Below, in pieces: positions 55,348 through 64,000 of a stretch of DNA of 64,000 nucleotides; within the stretch, counting starts at the first letter, position 1, and each line of letters opens with the position of its first letter. Below the pieces are notes generated by a model. The model worked only from the letters and a program-made list of their open reading frames with translations, was not told the origin of the DNA and did not search any database. The DNA is from Diplonema japonicum. Its lineage: Eukaryota > Protista > Euglenozoa: Diplonemea. A program made the translations under genes and the position numbers. Where the stretch lies: positions 186,001 through 250,000 of the forward strand of contig OZ025708.1 in assembly GCA_964019335.1 (NCBI GenBank), in the 5' to 3' direction.

Positions 55348-56640
55348 ATGTACTCACCCCCCCAATCGGGGAAGTCTTCCTCTGCAGCAACCCATGCAGA
55401 CCTTGTGAAGAAGATTAAGCAAGCTCAGAAGGTAAGCAAGGAATGGAGGCAGAAGTGGGGGGACTGGTGCGATGCGAATGGCAGGACCAAGGACCCTGCC
55501 AAATACGAGGCTAGGATGCTGATGCAGGCAGTGGCACAGTGTGGGGAACCTCCTCAGGGACCCCCGACGAGGACGAACCCGAATCTCAGCGACCCTGCGC
55601 ACTCACAGATAATAAATGGCCGGCGTGACCCAAGCAAGAAGTGCACGCATTTCTCCAAGAGCAGCAGTCATAAGGGCGAAAAGACAGATAGATCGGAGAT
55701 GTTCGGGGGAAGTTTAAAACGTCGTCAAAATAATACAGAATCCACGCCACAGACACCTGCACCTGCACCTGCACCTGCACCTGCACCCGAAAAAGTAACC
55801 TCACCGCCTGTGATAGATCTAAGCGAAAACCAGGAAGCACTTATTGGGGAAGGTCTGCTTAAGGCCACCTTCAGCGACGGGTTACAACTTCAAAGCATTA
55901 CCAGGATTCAAAACGAAGTGAGACCGTGCCGCGTAGCGCTCCTCGCAGATTTTTTGCCGTCTACAGCTTCCCACGACACGGACACTGTGCGCCCCTATGT
56001 GGAAGAGCATGGCGGGAACATCGTCAAACGGACCAAAAAAATATGTATTATAGATTTCCCCAACGAAGAACAGGCGGCAGAGGCACGGTACAAGTACAAG
56101 AACGCCGTGAGGGTTACAAACCACGACTTCGGTGTGCAAATCACTGGCGCTGTTTCTAACTGTGCTGTCCAGGGCCCAGTGTGGGTGGCGCCTTTGAGTT
56201 CTGACGAGGTCGAAGAGCTGAAAAGCTGGGGATCGTCGCAAAGGCTTTATCTGAACATAAAACGAATGAAGGGCTATGACGGGCACGAGGTGGCAATCCC
56301 TTTCTGCAGCACAAGGCAAGTGACACTACTGTCGGAGAGGCTCTCGCAACTGCCCCGCCCACCTGTCCTAGAGGTGGGGACGCCCTGTTTGCATGTCAGT
56401 GTCGCCACGATGAAGGCACCCACCCTTGTGTACACCATGAAGTATCAAGAATGCACAAGTGAGGCAGAACTTGACGACAGGAATGCCGCGATTAAGCACT
56501 TCAAGGACTTCTTGGATGAGTGCGCCAAACTAGAACTAGAGATTTTATTTAGAGGAGAAACTGACAGTTTTAACAAGCTCCTGAAGTCCCATATACCAAC
56601 GGGGGTAAGTTTTCGGGGGGAAAAAAAAACGAAAAAGTAA
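55348..56640 (+). CDS. Chimeric gene: N-terminal ~385 aa of the 57663 gene fused to the LRR-gene C-terminal cap
   Basis: Near-identical to 57663-58810 up to FKD, then switches at about 56507 to FLDECAKLELEILFRGETDSF...KSHIPTGV. Confidence 0.8.
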   Translation: MYSPPQSGKSSSAATHADLVKKIKQAQKVSKEWRQKWGDWCDANGRTKDPAKYEARMLMQAVAQCGEPPQGPPTRTNPNLSDPAHSQIINGRRDPSKKCTHFSKSSSHKGEKTDRSEMFGGSLKRRQNNTESTPQTPAPAPAPAPAPEKVTSPPVIDLSENQEALIGEGLLKATFSDGLQLQSITRIQNEVRPCRVALLADFLPSTASHDTDTVRPYVEEHGGNIVKRTKKICIIDFPNEEQAAEARYKYKNAVRVTNHDFGVQITGAVSNCAVQGPVWVAPLSSDEVEELKSWGSSQRLYLNIKRMKGYDGHEVAIPFCSTRQVTLLSERLSQLPRPPVLEVGTPCLHVSVATMKAPTLVYTMKYQECTSEAELDDRNAAIKHFKDFLDECAKLELEILFRGETDSFNKLLKSHIPTGVSFRGEKKTKK

Positions 56641-57662
56641 TTCTATTTTTATTTTATTTCCCTCCCAAGGTATTTTCCTGAGAGCCCCGGAACTTTATTT
56701 ATTTCCTCATGGTTTCCTTAGAACATTACAAGTGCGCACGTCTTCCGCTCAAGGAACAACAACAACATTTTACCAGCTGGGTATTTATCTTGCGCAAAAG
56801 TTAGGCCTCAGCAATCCTGAGGTTTATACGTTGCCACCCGTTTCGTCTTTTCCACCCCCCTTTTTAGCTATTTTTTCGCTTCTCTATTCCGACTTAAAAT
56901 CATTTCAGTTGCCACCCGTTTCGTCGAAGGTGTGCTACTGAAGCTTCGGCCTCAGGTGCGACGGCCTCACACAACCTTGATGATTGATTTTTCGCCGCAA
57001 AATTTATTTTCTTATTTTTTATTTGCCTTTCAGCCTTCACAAATTTCCAGGTAACAATGTACTGCCAATTGTCGTCGGGAAATGAAATAAAAATAAAATA
57101 TCGGATTGTTATTAAAGTAAAGTGAACTTTATTCTTCCATCGGCTGATATTCCTCCCTCGGCTGATATTCTATCTTTCGGGATCTTATTGTCCCTCGCTT
57201 CGCTCGGGGAAAATAACCAGTACGCTGCTTGCCCTTTCCTCGCCTCCTTTTTTAGTTTTATTTTAAGACACTTGCAACAGAAACATAAGTTTTTCCAGGA
57301 AAACATGCAGCAGGCAGAGGGGACAGTGCATAGGACAGGCTAGAAAAGTGCCCAACAGAAATGTCCGGAAGAAACAACCACCGGATGTTTCGGCGGTCCG
57401 GACATTTTTATCTTCGGTGATTTTTTGTTTGCAGTGGTAACAATCGATCGAAGACAGAAGAACGTATTTACCAAGGTTTGACGGCGTAGCCCTGGGGGGA
57501 CCTCTTTCTAAAGGCACCCCCCCCACCCCTCAGTTTACAGACAGTTCTCCTTTCATATCCCCCTACTTTTATTTTTCAGTATTCCCCCCATTCTCAACAA
57601 GATTCAAAAAAAAAAAAAAAAGAAACCCACACAGAGGCCCCACCAAACCCCGTTCTCCAAGG

Positions 57663-60254
57663 ATGTACTCACCCCCCCAATCGGGGAAGTCTTCTTCTGC
57701 AGCAACCCATGCAGACCTTGTGAAGAAGATTAAGCAAGCCCAGAAGGTAAGCAAGGAATGGAGACAGAAGTGGGGGGACTGGTGCGATGCGAATGGCAGG
57801 ACCAAGGACCCTGCCAAATACCAGGCTAGGATGCTGATGCAGGCAGTGGCACAGTGTGGGGAACCTCCTCAGGGACCCCCGACGAGAACGAACCCGAATC
57901 ACAACCCTGCGCACTCACAGGTAAAAAATGGCCAGCGTGACCCAAGCAAGAATTTGCATTTCTCCAAAGGCAGCTGTCATAAGGGCGAAAAGACAGATAG
58001 ATCGGAGATGTTCGGGGGAAGTTTAAAACGTCGTCAAAATAATACAGAATCCACGCCACAGGCACCTGCACCTGCACCTGCACCTGCACCCGAAAAAGTA
58101 ACCTCACCGCCTGTGATAGATCTAAGCGAAAACCAGGAAGCACTTATTGGGGAAGGTCTGCTTAAGGCCACCTTCAGCGACGGGTTACAACTTCAAAGCA
58201 TTACCAGGATTCAAAACGAAGTGAGACCGTGCCGCGTAGCGCTCCTCGCAGATTTTTTGCCGTCTACAGCTTCCCACGACACGGACACTGTGCGCCCCTA
58301 TGTGGAAGAGCATGGCGGGAACATCGTCAAACGGACCAAAAAAATATGTATTATAGATTTCCCCAACGAAGAACAGGCGGCAGAGGCACGGTACAAGTAC
58401 AAGAACGCCGTGAGGGTTACAAACCACGACTTCGGTGTGCAAATCACTGGCGCTGTTTCTAACTGTGCTGTCCAGGGCCCAGTGTGGGTGGCGCCTTTGA
58501 GTTCTGACGAGGTCGAAGAGCTGAAAAGCTGGGGATCGTTGCAAAGGCTTTATCTGAACATAAAACGAATGAAGGGCAAGAGTGGGCACGAGGTGGCAAT
58601 CCCTTTCTGCAACACCAGGCAAGTGACACTACTGTCGGAGAGGCTCTCGCAACTGCCCCGCCCACCTGTCCTAGAGGTGGGGACGCCCTGTTTGCATGTC
58701 AGTGTCGCCACGATGAAGGCACCCACCCTTGACTACACCATGAAGTACCAAGCATGCACAAGTGAGGCAAATCTTGTCGACAGGAATGCCGCGATTAAGC
58801 TCTTCAAGGACCTGACTGAGGAGGCGAAATCCTTTTACGACCTAACCAGCTTCACCTTCGAGAAACGAAACACAGCGCTAATGGACTTGGACGTCAAGGT
58901 GGTTGGGCGCACCCTGAAAGACTGCACTGACGCCAAGATGTTCGTGCGTTCGCAGTTCAAGGCCAGCGTCATAAATGTGAACTCAAGAGTGCAGCGTGCC
59001 CTGCTCAACGACCTTTTCCAGTCCGGGAGAATCGCCAAGATGGCCGAGAAGGCAGGTGTCGCCACCCCCGACAAGGTGAAAGACGACAAGAAGAAGCTGA
59101 TCGTGAAAGGGGCAAAATCTGGGTTCGAGAAGTTTCGGGGCCTCTTCGCCGAGGAGTTCGACCAGTTCAACAACAGGTGCACAATACTGTCGGTGAACCC
59201 CGAGCTGTACACATACATTAATGAGAACAAGCTGAGGGAGGAGCTGGGCATCAAGGACCTTTATCCTGATTGTGTCTTCATCTCCAAGGACCCGCGTTCC
59301 CTGGCCGCCCTGAAGGAGCTGAAAGAGGAGTTTAATGTGGACACCGACGATGACTTCGCGTGCCATGTCTGCAAAGCACCGACGTCGCTGAAGCTGAAGC
59401 GCTGCAAACACGCCATCTGCGACTCGTGTCTCGTGACGGTGGGATCACGGTGTCGGTGCAAAGAGATGATCTCAGCAGCTGACCTATATGATGGCACTCT
59501 CAAGATGTCTGGCACGAAGCTCATGACAACTGTGGTTGAACAGCTGGTGAAGAAGGAGCTCGCTGCAGGGCGGACAGAATACGGACTCTGCCCTATCGAG
59601 GCATGCGGCGCCATCCTGGACAGAAGCGCTGGGTACCAAATATGCCCCGCCTGCTTCAACAACGTGTGCCCCTCGTGTTCTGCCGTCGACACCGACGAGC
59701 ACATCACCCGCACTTGCGCTGAGATGAACCCTTGTACTGAGGTGAGCCCCACCACTGAGGTCAACCCTGCACCTCCGGAAGAGGAAACTCCCATCGGCAC
59801 CCTGTTCCCTTTTGTCGAAGGCCTCATGGCGAAAAACCTGAGCGAGCACGAGTTCTATCGCAACCCCTGCGTGGCGGGTGGCAGGCGGTGCGGGGCGCTC
59901 ACGAAGTTCATGAACGGCCTCACCATGGTGAAGATGAGGAAGTCACTGCGGGTCATGGGGCAGTTCGCGTGGCATAGGGTGGAAGATAGAGACACCGCCG
60001 TTGAGATTTGCCACTCGGGGTGGGCCATGGCTAGCGGACCTGGTGAGTACTTCACCCGCGAGCCGCACGTGGCCCTGGGGTACGGGGAGGACACTGACAC
60101 CCCTTACCTCATCTTGAGTTTCGTCCTTCACGGTGGCCATGTGAGCTCTTTCGATACGCACATTGTTGTGGACAACCCGACGTTCTCCTTGCCACTTGGC
60201 CTCGTTTGTTCTAAAGAGGTGAAAAAGCCTCTATTTAGGTGCCCAGGGTACTGA
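57663..60254 (+). CDS. Multidomain protein: RRM-like region, RING + IBR zinc fingers, C-terminal PARP/ART-like domain
   Basis: ICIIDFPNEEQAAEA (RNP1-like); CHVC..CKHAICDSC..CRC (RING); CPIEAC..CPAC...CPSC...H...C (IBR); FAWH...ICHSGW...GPGEYF...ALGY (PARP-like H-Y motifs). Confidence 0.75.
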   Translation: MYSPPQSGKSSSAATHADLVKKIKQAQKVSKEWRQKWGDWCDANGRTKDPAKYQARMLMQAVAQCGEPPQGPPTRTNPNHNPAHSQVKNGQRDPSKNLHFSKGSCHKGEKTDRSEMFGGSLKRRQNNTESTPQAPAPAPAPAPEKVTSPPVIDLSENQEALIGEGLLKATFSDGLQLQSITRIQNEVRPCRVALLADFLPSTASHDTDTVRPYVEEHGGNIVKRTKKICIIDFPNEEQAAEARYKYKNAVRVTNHDFGVQITGAVSNCAVQGPVWVAPLSSDEVEELKSWGSLQRLYLNIKRMKGKSGHEVAIPFCNTRQVTLLSERLSQLPRPPVLEVGTPCLHVSVATMKAPTLDYTMKYQACTSEANLVDRNAAIKLFKDLTEEAKSFYDLTSFTFEKRNTALMDLDVKVVGRTLKDCTDAKMFVRSQFKASVINVNSRVQRALLNDLFQSGRIAKMAEKAGVATPDKVKDDKKKLIVKGAKSGFEKFRGLFAEEFDQFNNRCTILSVNPELYTYINENKLREELGIKDLYPDCVFISKDPRSLAALKELKEEFNVDTDDDFACHVCKAPTSLKLKRCKHAICDSCLVTVGSRCRCKEMISAADLYDGTLKMSGTKLMTTVVEQLVKKELAAGRTEYGLCPIEACGAILDRSAGYQICPACFNNVCPSCSAVDTDEHITRTCAEMNPCTEVSPTTEVNPAPPEEETPIGTLFPFVEGLMAKNLSEHEFYRNPCVAGGRRCGALTKFMNGLTMVKMRKSLRVMGQFAWHRVEDRDTAVEICHSGWAMASGPGEYFTREPHVALGYGEDTDTPYLILSFVLHGGHVSSFDTHIVVDNPTFSLPLGLVCSKEVKKPLFRCPGY

Positions 60255-60819
60255 GACAGCGGCCCCATCAACCTCTGTCAGGACATGCAAGCCTCTTACA
60301 ACATACTAGTTGGTGTTTAATTGCTTCTGTGGCCCTTTTCCCTATTTCAAAAGTTCCTTATTTCCCGCTTGCAATATCATTTCAGTTATTTCTCCGCTTT
60401 TACTTTCTACGGGACCGCAAGGGGACTTGGGAGGTGACTTTGCTTTGAACTAGAAAAACAATTGATAATGAATTGTTTATTGCTAAAAAAAAAAGAGTTT
60501 TTAAACCCTCTCCTTCCTTTTCTCTCCAAGGCCTCGGGTAGACCAGGTGGTTGAAAGAGAAGAGGAGTGAAAAAAAGGCTTTACTCACTTTTGGGTAGGG
60601 GGGTGAGCAGCTCATACCGCACATTTGCGGGGTCTTTATCTACAAGTCTTGCATTTCTCGTTTCCTTTTATTTTTTCTCGGTTGGGAAGTACTCTCCAAC
60701 CTGCGAGATTTGACCGAAACTGAGAGATCCCTAGTACTGACCATGCCCCCTTTCCTTTTTGGGGCATGCGACTTTCGTCTCAGGAGCTTGCATGTTAATT
60801 TGAATTTTTCTTTTTTTTT

Positions 60820-61120
60820 TTCTTTCAGGTGGTGGGGATAACATGAAAATATAAGAAAACATCAGATGTGTTGTTCGCTGTTGACCTCCTCGTCGGTCAT
60901 CACCGGTAGCGCCCGAGTGGAAGAACATCATGCAGGTGCTCAGGGTGACGAACAGGCAGCAAACTGCACGAGCAGAATCTTGGTTACCCGGGACGCACCG
61001 GCTAGGGTTGAGCTGCACACCGCACGCATTAAGGACACGACGCGGAACGCAGAAGAAGCTACTGCTCGGCCGAGGAGCGCCCCCTGTAATCAAGTAGGTA
61101 GTTCGTTTCATTGCACGCTT
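60820..61120 (+). repeat. Dispersed repeat homologous (inverted) to 33180-33690 and 33020-33130
   Basis: Shared TTTCAGGTGG(T)GGGGA(T/C)AACATGAAAATA and GGGTTGAGCTG..CA..GCAC.CATTA.GG.CAC; one 50-bp unit here versus six at 33.2-33.5 kb. Confidence 0.8.
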
Positions 61121-62159
61121 AACGCCACCTAGTGTTGCAATCAAAGCCCCATTTTTTTTTTTTTTTTTTTTTCCTTCAGGCGTCCTGCGACATACCGCAG
61201 GTACCTTTAAATGTCTCTTTTTTTATGCATTCTAAGATCGTTAAATAACATGGATTAGGCGATTCAGTTTTTTTATTTTTATTTTTTTTTTCTAATTTTT
61301 TTTAAGAAATAGTTTTAGTTTCTTGTGGAAAAATAAAGATTACTCACATTTACTCCCCCCCCTCTCTCCCTTGCGAGTCATTATTTTTCGTCTCACCACC
61401 CTTCCGTTGGGTTGTCGCATTGGGGGAAACGAATCGGCGAAACACAATATTCTTCCTTGCTGACAGCTAGGCCTCACATTCTGGCAAGAAACAATCGAGG
61501 GGGCGTGTACGCCTGCTAGTGTTAACAGTTAAAAAAAAGAGGAAGGCTTTTTACCCTGCCGAAGGTTAAAGCCTACCAAGGTTTCCTCCCCCCCCCCCCC
61601 CCCGCCCCCGCCCCGCCCCCGTTTCTCTTCCTCGATCAAATCTGATCTCGGGAAGGAAAAAAAAGGGGGGGGGGGGAACGTAGATAAAGTTTGCTGTTTT
61701 CTCATTTAAAAAATCCCCCACCACCACGGTTTTTTATTATCGCGTCAGGGCCGTTGTCCACTGTGGTGAGCCTCGCACAGAAAGCAGGCTATGCAAAGGC
61801 AGACGCACTCATCAACGCTACGCAGCACCTGCGATCATGCTTTAGATGTGTCGGGGTGTGGAAAGAGAATACCCATGTCACAAAAGGTGTTAGAATAATT
61901 GCTCAGCCCGACACGAAAGCACGAACGTCTCAACACACTTCCGTTGGCTCAGGAGGTGGAATTTAAAAAAAAAAGAAAAAAAAAAAAAAATGTCAGAAGC
62001 AAAATTTGTGGAACAAGAGCCCTTCTTCTTCTTCATTTCATTTTTATTTCATTTCTGAAGCCCTTCAAGACAAGCACACATGGAAAATAAAAACAAAAAA
62101 AGGATGTGGGAGAAAAAGAACGAAGAGAAAAGAATGGATGGAAAGAGATCAGATGAAGG

Positions 62160-62669
62160 GTGAACGATATGACAGTGTTCGTGAAGACGGGAGGCGGGGT
62201 TCACGATGTGAAAGTGTCAGGGAAGGAGACGGTGGGGAGCCTGTACAAGAAGGCGGGGTGTGCTGCTGGTTTACTCGAAGGCAGGTTCAAACTGTCTTGG
62301 GAGGGAGAGGTCCTGGACAGGAACGGGGGTGAAGAGCTTCAGGGACTTGGGCTCGTGGAGGGCTGTGTGGTCCATGTGGAGGCGAAGATGAGAACCAATG
62401 TTTCTAACATTGCTTCTTCGTTCTTATCAGGGTGTAGAGAACTAGACACCATCAACTTGAATTCGATGACCAATGTTTCTTCCATCGGTGATTATTTCTT
62501 GTTTTGGTGCAGCAACTTAGAAACCATCGACTTGAGTTCGATGACCAATCTTTATTCTATTGGTTCTTGGTTTTTGAATGAGTGCTACAAACTAGAAACC
62601 ATCGATTTGAGTTCTATGAACAATCTTTCTCCCATTGGTAATGGAGGCCTTTACAAAGCCTCTTGTTAG
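62160..62669 (+). CDS. Ubiquitin-like + short LRR protein (shorter paralog of 41969)
   Basis: Ubl exon near-identical to 41970-42200, fused directly at KMRT to three LRRs of different sequence; probable ATG at 62169. Confidence 0.7.
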   Translation: MNDMTVFVKTGGGVHDVKVSGKETVGSLYKKAGCAAGLLEGRFKLSWEGEVLDRNGGEELQGLGLVEGCVVHVEAKMRTNVSNIASSFLSGCRELDTINLNSMTNVSSIGDYFLFWCSNLETIDLSSMTNLYSIGSWFLNECYKLETIDLSSMNNLSPIGNGGLYKASC

Positions 62670-63019
62670 TTCCGCGGTCCGGTGGAGAGGGACGAAACTG
62701 CATTGCAGCGCATAATAGCCAACCAAGCTTTGGCCCTGACTTTGCGTTTACAGGTAGTGGGTAAGAGGACCCGCCGACGACAGGGACGATCACTAACAAA
62801 TATTTATTCCCTTGGTAATAATTTCTTGGCTGAGTGCAACAAACTAAAAACCATCTTTTTTTTTTAGAACCGACAACTATACTGTCAGTTTTAATTGCTT
62901 CTGTGGCCCTTTTCCTATTTCGCTCGCACCGATGCCGAGCTATCCACCAGGTGGACACGAATAGTGGCATCGACAAGTCACGTGGGGTGCACTTTCAGAC
63001 TGAGCACGACGTTCACTTC

Positions 63020-63360
63020 ATGTCAAGCAAGACGCCATTGAAGGCACCGCAGGAGATATGGGAGAACGTTGTAAGAGCTTTCATTGTCGCGCTCGAGCTG
63101 CAGGACAAGAAGCTCGAAGCAGAGCTCCGCCGCCGAGACATTCTGGTCGCCATGTTGTCCTTTTTTGGCATCATAAGCATTGGTGCTTCTGCAGTGATCA
63201 CGTGGTACGCCAATCCTGCACGCGAGTCAGGGCTCCCAAACCCTACAATGACCTCGATCCTTCACCAAATGGGAAGGTAATATGCCAAGTGCTGAGATAC
63301 CTCACGTTGGGGTCCACAGTGCTGTGTTTGATTGCTTTCACGCTTTTACAATGGTATTAG
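63020..63360 (+). other. Small membrane-protein ORF or fragment
   Basis: MSSKTPL...ILVAMLSFFGIISIGASAVITWY hydrophobic segment; a second hydrophobic segment lies in another frame. Confidence 0.3.
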
Positions 63361-63429
63361 CAAGGTCTTTACAGTAGATCGACAAGTTGAACACGACCCT
63401 GTGTCAGATCCTGTCCGGTGACAGCCTCA

Positions 63430-63853
63430 CCTGTCCTCTTTGCAGGCTGGAATACTCTGAAGCGATGCCTACCGTGTGACTTGATCATACTCTCATCAAT
63501 GATCGATTCTCCGGGGGAATAGTGTTGCAGACAGGTAGGGGAGCAAGAATCTTTTTTTTTTTGCAACCTGTCTGTCTCTTCACCCCTCCAAAATGCAACG
63601 ACCGCTGTCAGCGCAAAAGCAGTAACGTTTCATTACACTTGCCAAAAAAAGGTGTGGCGAGGGCACAAATGGTCGGCCAGTAATCTTTTATGCCAACCTT
63701 GCGGATGATGTCCATGAGCACCCACAAGGCCAGAAACTGATAGATATCGTCCACAGTGAAGTCAAAGTCGGGGTTGTGGTACTTGCAAACGGTGCAAAGA
63801 GATTTCACAAACCCATTTGAGCTGAACAGCTTGGAAATCCTTGATGCACTCAT
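63430..63853 (-). pseudogene. piggyBac transposase remnant
   Basis: FTVDDIYQFLALWVLMDII...IKDYW...TPFF and SPGESIIDESMIKSHGRHRFRVFQPAK match piggyBac (DDE_Tnp_1_7) motifs; frames are broken. Confidence 0.75.
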
Positions 63854-64000
63854 GTGGGAAAAGGGTGATTTCTGCCCCCCTGTGCCCTGTCACTTCTTAC
63901 GCGTAACCTGCGTAATATCGCTCTCCCAGGGCATATTTTCACTATTCTCGTCACTACTGGCGCTAGGTGAGGTCCCATCGTCAGTGAGAATGTCCCCTTT

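Noticed and set aside
62660-62712. GAGGGACGAAAC matching the 3' half of the 54.5-kb hammerhead-like core
   Set aside because: No CUGANGA and no UH triplet; too degenerate to call.

Overview
Eukaryotic nuclear DNA, most likely from a euglenozoan (diplonemid-like; this is inferred from gene organisation, GTATG-type donors and an Ingi-type retroposon). The window has two halves. (1) 1-31.4 kb is a tightly packed, strictly minus-strand cluster of 14 host genes: Tctex-1 (partial), an inactive M16 MPP-alpha/core-2-type protein, a coiled-coil protein, an OTU protease, calreticulin, IlvD, a Zn-knuckle/helical-repeat protein, a GH20 hexosaminidase, a MerA/Lpd-like oxidoreductase, a MAP2K, a giant LRR/EF-hand protein, a GT-A-like protein, LUC7 and one hypothetical. 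I resolved 14 very short (38-93 nt) GT-AG introns by hand, 13 of them in this cluster. Most carry poly(A)/AC tracts, not a polypyrimidine tract, before the AG, whereas the AGs upstream of start codons are preceded by long U/Y tracts. (2) 31.5-64 kb is an accessory, transposon-rich region. Its host genes are on the plus strand: a calpain with three diversified tandem repeats, ubiquitin-like+LRR genes with scattered LRR cassettes, and a RING-IBR-PARP-like gene plus a chimeric copy of it. It also holds an Ingi-like LINE (ORF1-TGA-in-frame ORF2, 2A-like motif, RNase H, insert in RT) in head-to-tail tandem with a 3' fragment, degenerate LINE, pogo and piggyBac remnants, fold-back elements and a hammerhead-like sequence. 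Homopolymer lengths may be affected by sequencing error, so claims that depend on reading frame across A/T runs are tentative. All domain calls are from motif recognition by eye; no searches were run.
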